From positions 84,444,001 through 84,508,000 of the forward strand of contig NC_042999.1 in NCBI RefSeq assembly GCF_006345805.1: a DNA stretch of 64,000 bases. The letters are read 5' to 3'. Each line of letters opens with the position of its first letter. The stretch's first letter is position 1. A model generated the notes under the pieces. It did not search any database and was not told the origin of the DNA. It saw only the letters and a program-made list of their open reading frames with translations. Of the stretch, positions 26,771 through 40,215 are shown piece by piece. Source of the stretch: Octopus sinensis. Its lineage: Eukaryota. Position numbers and translations under genes: made by a program.

Positions 26771-27112
26771 GTAAAGACCTCTTCGGTCATGATTGACCAT
26801 TTGATTGCACCTCGAAAGCTCTCCCCCAAGGCACAAGTCCGGGCAATGTTGTTTTTATGGAAGAACAGCAGTCGCCCATATATACCATCCTCTCCTCTCT
26901 CCGCGTCACCGATGTTATCCAAGGGAATAGTATAGGCTGATACAGCTTGGTAGCAGTGACATCGCAACTCATTTCTGAAGCTGAGTGAACTGGAGCTATG
27001 TAAAATAAAGTGTCTTGCTCTAGAACGCAAGACACAGCCCGGTCCGAGATTCGAACTCAGTGCCTCATGATTGTGAGTCCGACGCTCTATCCACTGAACC
27101 ATGTGCCTTCAC
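26771..27112 (-). mobile_element. tRNA-headed SINE family C
   Basis: Minus strand gtgaaggcacaTGGTTCAGTGGatagagcgtcggactcacaatcatgaggcactGAGTTCGAATC, followed by a ctagagcaagacactttattttacatagctccagttcactcagc central domain. Confidence 0.8.
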
Positions 27113-28844
27113 TATACACACATATAGACAGACAGTCATAAACACATAGACAGACAAACAGACAGGCAGACAGATACATACATACATACATACATACATA
27201 CATACATACATACATACATACATACATACATACATAGTCGTTTACAATTATTGCCAGAGAGATTAAGAACTACTGTAGGATCACGCATGTGAATATAGCA
27301 GATATAAAACTCGGTCAAATGAGATTATCTAGACAAATTATTGACGAAAAATAAAATACAGACTTTTAAATATAACCATAGTATAGTGTACATAAATACC
27401 TCAACAAGCGAAACGCCTCAACACATTTGCAGAGTAACAGTTTTATTAAAAGTGTTGATGTATTTAGCGCATACTATTGACAAGAAAACTCAGACTGATT
27501 GAGCTTTGAATAAGATATCGGCGAAACTGTGAAGTAACTGTCAAATATTATTAAATATGTAGTATATATGTATTGAAAACTTTACTCTGACAATGTTCTT
27601 TTTTTATGCAGTAAAAAAAAACACTCATATAGACACCGATATACACATACACACACACACTTATATGTAGATATGTGAGTGTGCATATGTATTTGTGTGT
27701 TTGTGTGTGTAGAGATGGATATATATATATATATACATGCGTATGATTTGCAATTCAGTAAAGAAAATTTTGAAGAAGACAATTAAAATTTCAAAAACTT
27801 TCGTGACTGTTGTCACAGCTTTCATACTAGAGTATGAATCATTCCTCACCGTACCTTCTACATAAAACAAAGCAAACATGAATAAGAGGGGCGATTTATT
27901 TATTTTCATTTTTTTTTTTTTGTTAGCCTGATACCGAAGAAAATTATGTATTTTTCTATAACAAACATGACAATCAATACAAATGCAGAGCTTTATAAGG
28001 AAACAAATATGGAATTGAAATAAATCAAATGTAATAAAAAAAATTGGAAGATCGTCATGAAAGCTAAGCAGTATCTGAAAACATTTTAGAGTTATTTTCG
28101 TTACGATTCTCTATCGTGGATATATTTATATCCTTTTTCACCTTATCATTAGTCAAAATATTGTTTTGTACATTTTTTGGATATAATAAAAAACACTAAA
28201 TGCGCATATTTTAAAAGAGAAAAAGAAACTGATAGAGACTGTAAATATTCAGAATATAATGAAAGATTTTATAAAGTTTGAGATAGAAATGCAAAAATGT
28301 AGGAGAATATTAAAATAAAATAAGAAATTGAGAAATGGTTTAATTGAAGAGTGTCTGAATATGAGACTGAAATATCAGCACATATATATGTAAAAGATTA
28401 GAATCCCATGATACATATGGGCATGCTATATACTATACTACCATACACACACACACACACACACACACACAACACACACACACACATATACATGCACACA
28501 TACATACATACAGACAGACAAACATGCATGCATACATACACCCACACATATATGGATACATACACACAAGAAAGGGGAGAGAAAGAAAGTAAGAAGGGGA
28601 AAGAGTATGTATGTATTATGCATATATGGTATATGCATAACTATGGCTGTGTATGTAGATGCCTATATATTTCTACACACATACACACTCATATATATAA
28701 TTCTTATTTAAAAATAAAAAAAAACTTTTATCTACAAACGTCTAAACCCATCAGATTAAGTTAAAATTGTTTTTTTATTATAACAGAATATCTGGACATA
28801 AAACAAATATTAATATAATATAATGTATGTGTGTACATATATAC

Positions 28845-28959
<115 letters not shown>

Positions 28960-28983
28960 TGTGTGTGAGTGTGTGTGTGTGTG

Positions 28984-29029
<46 letters not shown>

Positions 29030-29218
29030 CAATACGGAGCAAATAATTCATGACAGAAATGTATTTCAAGAAAAAATAATTTGCGAAGATAACATTGACT
29101 CTGTTACTATCTAGTGTAAAAAATTTAGAATGATAATAACAGAATCATTAATATAGGCAATTACAGACCCCCCCCCCTCACCCAAAGCATTAAATAGCTG
29201 AAGGATTAAAAGCTTGGG

Positions 29219-29435
29219 ACATGCTAAGTATGTCTAGCTGCTGGAAATATCAATCAAAACTCTTACTTAAATCGCCAAAATACTCTGATAATAACTACAG
29301 AAATCAACCATCCGAAAGCAAACGAGCTAAGATGATCTCCCAACGTACATTTAAGTATTTGGACACTCGAGAACCGGTTTCAGCACTGGCAAAAATAGTC
29401 TCAGCTTCCTCAGCAGGTAGACATACTTAGTATGT
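29219..29435. repeat. ~217-bp element with 25-bp imperfect terminal inverted repeats, enclosing a hammerhead-like core on the minus strand
   Basis: acatgctaagtatgtctagctgctg versus cagcaggtagacatacttagtatgt, 2 mismatches. Confidence 0.6.
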
Positions 29436-29443
29436 TCTTTGTT

Positions 29444-29651
29444 TTCTACTCTAGGCACAAGGCCCGGAATTTTGGCGAGGGGGCCAGTCGATTACATCGA
29501 CTCCAGTGCGTAATTGGTACTTAATTTATCAACCCCAAAAGGATGAAAGGCAAAGTCGACCTCTGCGGAATTTGAACTCAGAACCTAAAGACAGACGAAT
29601 TACTGCTAAGCATTTCGCCCGGCGTGCTGACGTTTCTGCCAGCTCGCCGTC
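29444..29651 (-). mobile_element. SINE family A, near full length
   Basis: Reverse complement of gacggcgagctggcagaaacgtcagcacgccgggcgaaatgcttagc...gagttcaaattccgc...ccttgtgcctagagtagaa. Confidence 0.88.
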
Positions 29652-29688
29652 TTGTTAGTATATCTTTTGATTAATTTTAATCCTTCAG

Positions 29689-29734
<46 letters not shown>

Positions 29735-29864
29735 GTATGTATGTATGTATGTATGTATGTATGTATGTATGTATGTATATATGTATATATATATATGTAT
29801 ATGTATGTATGTGTATATACATATATATGTATACACATCTATACTTACAAACATACACGCATAC

Positions 29865-30190
29865 AAACATAGATAAGAAAGAAGAAAAACTGTGGAGAAT
29901 TGTGGAAATCACCTGCTCAGTGAATGTTAACATAAAACTGAAGATCAGTGAAAAAGAGAACACCTACGCTGAACTATTGAGAAATATGCAGTTACTCAAT
30001 CCAGAGTACAAGTTCAGGTTTATACCTGTAATCATTGGGGCAATAAGGTATGTAACACACTGACTATATTCCACTCGTGAGAAATTAGGTTTCTCAAAAC
30101 CAAAAAGGAGCAAGCTGATTCGAAGACTACAGATCCAAGCCATCACTGGAATTATGAAAATCTGTGAAACTTTCCAGATTTTACCATTTA
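29865..30190 (+). pseudogene. 3' fragment of an RLE-type LINE (restriction-like endonuclease region)
   Basis: [36 protein letters not shown]...FIPVIIGAI...LQIQAITGIMKICETF resembles the D...EKxxKY / IPVVIGALG C-terminus. Confidence 0.7.
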
Positions 30191-30984
30191 AGTATATATT
30201 GGCATGTCTAAACATGGAAATATATGCATGAGAATATATACATAAAACAAAACATACAAATCTGCACGTATACATAAAACATACATACATACATACATAC
30301 ATACATAATACATACATACAAAAATACCCTGTTGTTTGTTTTGAAATTCCAATGAAGGAGCCTTGGATCAAATTTAGAAACCGGCTCGTTCCCTATTGGC
30401 AAGAAATCCTGAAATGAAACTGAATAATGATACATACATATATAATACATACATGCATACATACATCCGGTGTGAAAGATATTTTAGAAATAGATTTGGT
30501 AACGTAGTAAACAAATGTAACCTAGGATTGACAAAAATGTAATATTCTGGATGCGGTCGGTCCTCCATGTGGTAAACGTGGCACAGACAGTGCAGTCATC
30601 GCTGTCTGAACAGAGTGTAAGAGCTGGGAAGCTCATCGTGGCATAGAACAGTTGCCTATTAGCTAGATATATTCGTGATACGATGGAGAATTCTCAAATG
30701 GATAGGGTTCCTACTCTCTTACTATGCATGTATTATCCATGGCTCACTGTTCTTCAATAGTGAACTTATGACTACTATCTATGACGTTGCCGTAATGTTT
30801 CGGTTCCTCTAGATTCCAGAAGTTGAACAGACTTTCTGATCCTTTGCTGAAAGTTTAGTGATTGTAGATCCAGAATATATTTAGTAATGGGCAATATCGA
30901 ATTTATAGATGTTGATGCTGATAACCACTACTCTTGTCTTCTTCAGACAAATAATCGGCTCGAATTGTGTTCTTGTTGCGTGTA

Positions 30985-32273
30985 CGAGGGACGTTCAATA
31001 AGTAATGCCTCTGACCCACTTGCAGTTATTTGATCTAGCTGAAATTTTGCATGTGCAATCATTTATATCTCAATCGAGTAAGTGGCAAATTACAGCTCTG
31101 AATTAAGTGTGGTTTCTGATTTACAGGTGTTTGAACCGAGTCAAGTGTGAAATGGAGCCTGTTGAGTGTCGAGCAGTGATCCGGTTTTTGTATTTGAAAG
31201 GACGCACACCACGGGAGACTTTTGATGAAATGAAAGTAACTTATGGTGATGATGCCCCATCATATGACCTTGTAAAACGCTGGCATCGTGAATTCAAACA
31301 TGGTCAGAACTCTTCGGAAACAGCTCCCAGATCTGGTCGCTCCTTCTGCCATTGATGAGGCATCTGTCCGTCAAGTTGAGGCTGCCATTTTGGAAGATCG
31401 ACGCATAATTATTCGCCAAATAGCCCATGAGGTCAAGATTAGTACCGGGTCTGTGGAAACTATCATTCATTACCATTTGCATATGCAAAAGGTGTCTGCC
31501 AGATGGATTCCCAGGTTGCTCACGCCTTTCCAGAAGCAAGAACGCGTCGAGTGCTCGAGGGTGAATTTGGAGATGTGCCAAGAAGATGAGTCAAAATTTT
31601 TCAAAAGACTGATTACACAGGATGAAACCTGGGTCCATCACGATGATCCAGAGACCAAAGCCCAGTCAATGCAGTGGAAGCACTGTGACTCACCCCCTCC
31701 AAAGGAGGCAAGGGGGCAGCCCTCCGCTGGCAAGGTCATGCTCACAGTCTTCTGGGACCAGGACGGAGTAGTGATGACAGATTTCCTGGCAAAGGGTACC
31801 ACAATTGCAGGCGCCTATTATGCTTCACGTTTGAGGAAATTAGGAGAAGTTATCAAAATCAAGAGGCGGGCAAGATCAGCAAAGGCATCCTCCTCCTGCA
31901 GGACAACGCTCCGGTCCACAACTCGCTTGTCGCCAGATCTGAAGCACAGGCGTATGGCTATGAACTCCTCTCCCATCCCCCTACTTTCCTGACCTTGCAG
32001 CCTCTGATTTTCACCTCTTCCCAGTCATGAAGTTGTTTTTGAAAGGAAAGCGTTTCCCAGATGATGCAGTCTTGATTTCTGAAGTCACGTTCAGGTTGGA
32101 GGACCAAGCTGGGGTCTTCTACAAAAACGGTCTTCAGAGCTGCATCAAACAATGGGAGAAATACGTAACTCTGGGTGGTTCCTATGTAGAAAAAGACTAA
32201 TAACTGTGCCAAGTTTCGTTGCTCTACTGCTATGGGAAGTGAGTCAGAGGCATTACTTATTGAACGCCCCACG
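30985..32273 (+). mobile_element. Full-length mariner DNA transposon (1289 bp), 31-bp TIRs, TA TSD
   Basis: TA|cgagggacgttcaataagtaatgcctctgac ... gtcagaggcattacttattgaacgccccacg|TA; 2 mismatches between TIRs. Confidence 0.95.
31152..32200 (+). pseudogene. Mariner DD34D transposase with three frameshifts (+1, -1, -1)
   Basis: MEPVECRAVIRFL..., PRSGRP, WIPRLLT, TQDETWVHH, LLQDNAPVH, HPPYFPDLAASDFHLF; 34 residues between D2 and D3; about 349 aa when repaired. Confidence 0.92.
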
Positions 32274-33315
32274 TAGAATACTATTGATGCATCATAGACG
32301 CGAACATCTTGTCTCAAATGAGTTTTGTACGCACTTTGCCCGCCGACTCAGAAACAAGATGGAGTGAGAAACCTGCCGTCTACTCTAGTGAGGACGGCAA
32401 TACCATTTCACTGGATCCCTGAAGGAATGTTTTGAATGCACAATGAAGAATATTCTAAAGAGTGTGTGAGCAGCCTTGTTTAGCACCATTCAAATTGTTG
32501 AAAGGTCTAAAGAAGCTACCAATGATCTGCATTATAAGTTTTATGTTGTGAAAAAATTGTATGATGCTCTATTGTTTTAACAGACACCCGATCTTCCGCA
32601 GATGAGAACATATGAAGTGTAAATCCATATGAACACCGCCAGCTTATTTACTAATACGTGTGTGTTTGTGTGTGTGTGTGTGTATTACGCACTGGTATTT
32701 ACTCCTTTCAGTCATTGGACTGCAGTCATACTGGAACGATACCTACACGTATTATAACTGGATCGCTGAGTTGTGGGGCATGACGATGCTGTCAATGCAA
32801 CAACAGATATAGAGATTACCGTTTATACATACCCATATGCACACGCACACACACAAACACACATACAGAGATGCACCTATATAAACATATGCATGTTTAT
32901 TTCTGTTATGTGTATGATTGTAGATATGTGCCTAGGTCTTTATGTGGATGTATACGGGTCTGTATGTATGTATGCGTAGATTTGTGTAAACTATCTATGA
33001 ATACCTTTATGCACTCAAGCACATATATGTACATATATACAAATATCAAAAAAATCTCTCACAGTTAAACATTTTTCAATTCGTTCGTATTTGGTTCTCT
33101 TTTGAGTCGTTTGTCGTCCAGGATTTTATTAGAAAAAATCTCAAGCTTGTGTACGTATGCGTGTGTGTGTGTGTGCGCGCTTGGCGTGCGTACGTGTATG
33201 TAATACGAGGACATGTGCATTGTGTGTGCATCTAGATATAAATGTATGTACATGTTTTTATATACGCAGGGACCCTATTATATTGAGCTGAATAGATAGA
33301 TACAAACAAACACAA

Positions 33316-33348
<33 letters not shown>

Positions 33349-33440
33349 TATAATATATATATATATATATAATATATATATATATGTATATGTATATATG
33401 TATGTATATATGTATATATATATATATGTTTATGTATATA

Positions 33441-33585
<145 letters not shown>

Positions 33586-34934
33586 GTTGGAATATATCTC
33601 ATGCGTAAATTGCATTCAACCATTCAACCAGCACTAGCCACAACTGCGATGCAAGTGGAAAAGTAAAGAAACTAAAATACATTTATAAAATAAACTCACA
33701 TGAAAAATCAAAGAATAAGAAATTACAATAAATTGGCTATTTCCAAGTAGACAATATTTCCGATTTTATGTTTTTCTCAGTCTGCAATCACAGAATATAT
33801 TCATGATAAGTACATAGCTGGAAGATTGCAATCATTGATATCTCGTTGATTTGCATATCATTTTCATGGTCTACCACGTAGTTTGTTCCTATCTACTGAT
33901 GTTGTTTCCTATGCCTTTGTTGTGTTATCGTATATACTATGGTTGCTGGAAGTTGTTTTTTGATTTCCGTTATTGTTGTGATTGCTTAGTGTAGTTTTTG
34001 TACATGTTGCTGTTGGTGCATTTATTTGCTTCACGTTTGTTCTATTGCTTGTTGATATGATCGTTGTTCATGTTGAGATATTGCCTATTTTTGTGTATTA
34101 TGATGTTTTTACATGTAATAATTGTGAATGTTGATAACCCACTAGTTACTAAACCCGTTCTTGCATTGCTACTGTGTTTCGTTAGGATAGTTATTTTCAT
34201 AGTTTCTTTCTTATCGTACTTTATACACTTGATGCTGCGACTATTGTAATTATTGCAATGATTCTCAATGCATGTTTTGTTGTGCATGTTCTGTTAATTT
34301 AAGATCGATATTCAAGCCTCCGTTGGTAAAAAAGACAGACAAATCTTTCTCTGCCTGGTAATGTCGTAACAGTGTTTGTGTACTGAACTCATCCGGAAGT
34401 TTTGGTGACAAATATTTTCTTATCTGACCAATGTCTCACTAAATTTTTAAATAACACTTGAAATGCAATGTTCATATATATATATAGAGAGAGAGACGTT
34501 TTCTAGTATTTAAATAAAGCTGATGGGAGTGGCAAGAGATGCAATTTTTAACGGTATTTCTTTTCTGAGAAGAGCAAAGGAACTAGGAATGGGCACTGTA
34601 AATGCCTTAGAGATAGTAAATTTTTCCGAGGAAGACAACTCCGCTTTTCGGATATTATTTTTGTGAGATTTGTGTTGGAATGTTATCTTTATGTTACTTG
34701 ATATGTTTTGTTTTATCAAAAAATATTTAATGTTGCATTTTGTCTTATTATATTAGTATATTATCTTCAATTGCCTGAGCTCTACATCATCATCATCATC
34801 AGAAGAAGAAGAAGAAGAGAGAATGGGTCGACGACGGTAGTTGACTTTAGTCCGTACCTAGACGGCCTGCTGCAGCTCTCAGTATTTGATTCAAGGTTAT
34901 ATGAAATGCTGATAACAGCCGCTGAAATTTAGGA

Positions 34935-36475
34935 GACGATGAGCGATTGTACAAGTCGCAAATCGCCCTGTTTAAGTTGGTTTCCCCTATAAATTCTATG
35001 TATTCATGCCAGATTTGTTCGGCAACATCTTGGCAGACATCTACCACAGCTGGCAGCAAAATACGTTGTATTGTTAACCGAGGTGTGGTGACATTGCTGA
35101 GGAAGGACGCTGATAATGAGGACACACTAGGGAATTTTCGGTCTATAACTTTGCTAAACGCACAGTTTAAGATTTTGGCCAAGGTGTTAGCGAAATGTTT
35201 GGCGCTTGTCGTTTGTAGTCTGGTAAGAGAATCGCAAACGTGCGCACTACTGAACACATCTATCTACAACCTCCACCTAATGCTATGCATCTTAGAGACG
35301 GCTTGGGCCAAAGCTGGCTTCGAGGGTGCTCTGATTAATTTGGATCAATCGAAAACATTCGGTAAGGTCGGCGTTCGGTACTTCGAAGCTATCCTGAAAC
35401 AGGCAGTTTCGGATCCGTTTTCAGCGGTCGGAATGCTGCAATGCACAGTCGCACCTGTTCAATGGTCAAAGTAAACGGTCATCTACAGGAAGCGTTCGGC
35501 ATCGAACACTTGGTTCGTCAGGTGTTTCTGCTATGGAAGTTGGAACAGTTAATGGGCATCCCTATCGAACTGGGACACGGAAGGGTACTGTCGGCATACA
35601 CGAACGACGTCACCGTCATGGAGTCGGACGCCTCCGAAATGAAGACGGTCGGCACTATCCTAAAGGATTGTAAGTCACTTGCAGGGGCTAAAACAACGCC
35701 AACAGATCGGTGAGTTTGTGGTTGGGCTCCTGGAGAGGCAGGTAGGTGCCATCATACAGCGTCGTCAGACGATGGACCAGTGGACCAGTGGACCAGTTAA
35801 ACTGCTCGGGGTCTGGTTTGGTCCCGGCCTCCAGGTAGATAAGAACTAGGACGAGGTAGCGATCAAGACGGCCAATCTTACCCAGAAATGGGCTGAGAGG
35901 AAGGTGCCCCTGAAAGGTTGGGCAGAGGTAGCGAATACCTATATCACCGCTGTGATCATTTTTCATTTGAGCGTCCTGCCTTTTCCCGGTTACTGCTAGA
36001 CCAGGCTGGAGCGTCTCTTATTAAAAGTTTTGTGGAAGGGACGCGTTCTAATGGTCAAGCAGTTAGTCTGTTGCCAGCATCTTCTGAGTGGGGAATTAGT
36101 TATGCCGTGGCTCCTAATGCACAAACACACTCCTAGGTTATGCCATCTGCAACGATTTCTCGATAGTGAGTGCGTGTGGGATCCGTTTGTGAGGCTCACC
36201 TTTCTGCAGCTCATCTGAAGTCTTGAGTGAAGAAAAGACCGAAAATCGGCGCGTGGCACCTACAATGTCGTCAGGCACTCACAGCCCTCTACCATTCTGG
36301 CAATGGTATCGGAGGATGTTCCACTTTAGAAATTTATAGAGAATTAGGGAAGGGAAAGTGTGACGACGTTCTCGGGGAGACACTAACTGCCGACGAAAAT
36401 GAACTGGTTAGTCTGTTCCAGAGAACTTCCCGGTTGGGAACAATCATAGATAATTTCCAGATCTCCTTGACCTGA
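34935..36475 (+). pseudogene. Decayed L1/Tx1-clade LINE reverse-transcriptase region
   Basis: KSP..FPYKFY, GVVTLLRK..NFRSITLLNAQFKILAKVLA, QTCA, LINLDQSKTF, VKVNG, SAYTNDVT (decayed YADD); many frameshifts. Confidence 0.8.
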
Positions 36476-36835
36476 CAGTTGTTAGGAAATAATGCTTTTC
36501 TTAAAAGTTATACCCATTTTATGAGTATATTATGAAGTAATATCATTATGTTACCTACACTGCATTATAAATTTTAACAGGTAAACATAGAGTTTTGTAT
36601 GCTGCACTGTAAGGTCAAGACTTACAGTTCTGTATTTAAGAGATGAAGAATTATGTACATGATTTACATTACTTACATTATTTACAATTGACGATATTTG
36701 TCCTCATTTTGTTTGTTGTTATAATATACATTCCAGCCTTCATCAGGTGTCTTGGGGAAAGTTCGAACCTGGGTTTTCAATCCTAAGGTATTTTTCGATG
36801 ATGTTGTTGTTGTTGTTATTATTATTATTATCATT

Positions 36836-37392
36836 GAGTGAGAGAGCAGTTCATGCCATCAATGTGACACTGGGGTAAAATATACGAAGCCCAATATACC
36901 CATCATGACTACCCGTCTGATAAAGGTACACCAGGCACATGCATCACAACCATATGTGCGCGACATGGTGATCTCATATCAAGATAAACAGCACATGACC
37001 TTGCAGGTTGGGCCCAGTTAGAATTTTCTTCAGGTTGAGTAGCCCATGCCGCTGAAACGGTCCCTGAATAAGGGTTGTTTAAGGATGTTGAAAGAACCAC
37101 CCATGTTTCCAGAGGTGAACTATTCAAACCCCAAAGAATCCCTCTCAACACATGGCTATGATGCTCCCCCACTACTTCTGCTCGTGATCAGAGATGCACA
37201 TATCGTCAGCCACTAAGGGACATGCTCAACTGGTTAAGGTCAAACAACTGACAAGCAAATCTGTGGTATTGAGCAGAATATTTGCTGTAGCCCATCTTTT
37301 ATACCAAGACAAAACTATGTATATGATAACACTTCCAATCAGTTAAGATCAGAAGCCATGAGAGCCACTGCCTGGTACTGCATCAGGGCATT
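36836..37392. mobile_element. ~560-bp non-coding interspersed repeat embedded in a (TTA)n tract; a second, inverted fragment lies at about 59335-59515
   Basis: Flanked on both sides by TTA runs. 59335-59515 is a diverged reverse complement of about 37130-37290. Confidence 0.65.
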
Positions 37393-37413
37393 TATTATTA
37401 TTATTATTATTAT

Positions 37414-37475
<62 letters not shown>

Positions 37476-37555
37476 CTGCCTGGACTCGAACTTGGAATCT
37501 TGGGGTTAGTAGCTCGCGCTCTTAACTCCTACGCCATATGGCAGTGGGCAGTTAT

Positions 37556-38030
37556 GGAGTGAAAGGCCTCTCCGCAAAAATAAAAAAAAATACGCGGCCC
37601 ATAGGACATCAGGACAGTATTAAAAAGTAATACACCTCGCAAATATCTCCTTCTAGGTAATCCACCAACAGAAGAGAATGAGACCAAGCACTGCGTGTAC
37701 TCCATCCCATGCAGCTCTGTGAGGTTATACAGACGCAAAGCATGCCACCTCCTCACAATAAGGGTAGAGGAATATCGCAAAGCTATGACATGGGGAGATA
37801 TTGATAAATCGGGTATATCTGACCATGTATGGAAAAATGGAGACCACCACCCCCTGTCGGATGAAGTTAAAATAATAGACAGGGAACACCACTGGAAAAT
37901 AGGAAAACTAAAAGAAGCAGCACATATGCTAGAACAGAACAACCTCTTAAGCAGACCGAGTGCAGATATAAACAGCATATGGGAACCGGTATTAAGGAAG
38001 GATAGGAGAATATTAGAATTATCAACCCTA
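37556..38030 (+). pseudogene. Penelope GIY-YIG endonuclease fragment, sister of 16708-17154
   Basis: MYSIPCSSVRLY...RVEEYRKAMTWGDIDKSGISDHVWKNGDHH...KLKEAAHM...WEPVLRKDR. Confidence 0.85.
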
Positions 38031-38245
38031 AAATTCACACCAAAATTGCACCCACGAGCATATGGCGTTGTGGTTAAGAGCGCGGGTTACTAATCCCAAT
38101 ATTCCAAGTTCGATTCCAAGCTGTGACCTGAATAATAATTATTATTATTATTATTATTATTATTTTAACATCGAAAATACGAAAGGAATAAGAACCCAGG
38201 TTCAAAATTTGCCCAAGGCACATCATGAAAGCAGGATGGTATATC

Positions 38246-38472
38246 TATTTCTTTACTACCCAGAAGGGGCTAAACACAGAGAGGAAAAACAAGGACAAAC
38301 GGTTTAAGTCGATCACATCGACCCCAGTGCGTAACTGGTACGTAATTTATCGACCCCGAAAGGATGAAAGGCTAAGTCGATCTCGGCGGAATTTGAACTG
38401 AGAACGTAATGGCAGACAAAATACGGCTACGCATTTCACCCGGCATGCTAACGTTTCTGCCAGCTCGCCGCC
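38246..38472 (-). mobile_element. SINE family A inserted into, and truncating, the PLE pLTR
   Basis: gtcgatcacatcgaccccagtgcgtaactggtac...gaatttgaactgagaacg...gccagctcgccgcc. Confidence 0.85.
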
Positions 38473-40155
38473 CACCAACCGCAACGTTGTTGTTTTTGTT
38501 GTTGTTTCCACTATCGTCGTCATCATCATTATCATCATTATCCTGAAAATAATTATTGTCGTAAGGCTTAGGAAAAAATATTTGCAGTATTTTCGGCTTT
38601 CTACATTTTGAGTTCAAGTCTGCAAATGGTAGACTTTGCATTTCATCCATACTATATCGATAAAATAAAAATAAAAATAAAAATCTAAAGTGTGTTACAT
38701 TAGTCTATGTGCAAATGGTATTTAATTTTGTGCCTATATCATATACATGCCTGTGATCAGGAAATGGATAGCAGAATGTGTAACTCAACATACAAAATTC
38801 TTTAATTCCATATCTATTATTATCATTTTTAAGACTTAGACTTCTGGGATCAATAAAAGATTTTCCATATAATTGCGCGCCCCCATTCTATCTTATGTGT
38901 GACCATACGTATGCTAATGCTAGATATCATATTTTTGGAATTATAACTATATGTATAGCCGTAATGTAACTTTAGACCGTTGGCCCAGCAGTATATAGAG
39001 CGAATAACCTTTTGTGGCAGTTCAAATGCAAATATAGCCCAACAGCAAAACTCATTTTATGGAGTTGCCACCGAACGTTGTTTATAACACGTTTCCTCTA
39101 AATTGTAACCTTCTGAAAATTGAATTTCATTGTTTCATCTCGATACATAACAAAAAATTTATCTCGCATTTTCACAGAGTGAAGCCATTTTATATTTCCT
39201 ATAGTATATCTTTCAGGCAAAGATTTATCCATATTCCATCATAATTTCTAATTCTCTCATTGATTCAATCGTGATATTCTGCACGAATTAATAATGCACC
39301 AATCATTTCTGTTTCTGAGAATCGCTCTGCATTTCGCGAATTTCTTCCAGGCTATTCTATTCCCAGCCACAATTCAAATTACAAATAAATATAACTGCAT
39401 TGAATTTTCAAAGTAAAACCAATTTCATTATTATTGCGAAAGAAATACAGAGTATAGACGAAAACAGTGAAAACGAAATGAAGCAAAAATAATTTTGTAT
39501 AGTAAAAATATGTGCATAACCGCTGCTTCCTTAACATTCATCTCAATGAATAAAAGTTTTGATAAATTCTGTTTCTTGCGTTTAGTTTCGTTTTTCCATT
39601 GAAAATTTCGATTATATATGTCATTATAATCGTGAGTACTAAATTGATATCTAAACGAAAGGAATCTTAACTCATACGAACCTATGAATAATCACTCACA
39701 CTGCCATAGACATAGAGATAAAGAAACACGCACAAACACACACACGCATACACACAGATAGATATATAAAGAGGGAAAGATCGAGAGAGAAATGAAAGAA
39801 AAAACAAAGATTATATGAACATTTATATATTTTTGTATATAGTTTTGCATTCACAAGAATCGTTTATTATATTAGAAATTTAATTTAACATACTAAAAAT
39901 AGCAATTTTCTGAAAGCAGAAAAGTCAACAAACATTGACTTCTAGTTTTTGTGATTTCACATTCTAATATATTTGAAGGTAAGAATCAATTTTAATTGAT
40001 ATACAACGTATTAAATTTTGATAATTTATTTCTCTCTCTCGCTCTCTTCCTCTATATCTCTCACTATCAGTCATCACTTATCTTCCTTTTCTCCATCTTA
40101 ACATCACATACTTATATGATATATATGTATGTATTTAAAAAACATATGTGTGTGA

Positions 40156-40215
<60 letters not shown>

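Larger units (their letters stand above)
36625..38245. mobile_element. Penelope-like insertion with inverted ends: pLTR(-) and tRNA box(-), then GIY-YIG(+), tRNA box(+), pLTR(+)
   Basis: 36625-36800 matches 16391-16562. tRNA boxes at 37475-37545(-) and 38056-38130(+). GIY-YIG ORF 37695-38093. Decayed pLTR at 38167-38245(+). Confidence 0.82.
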
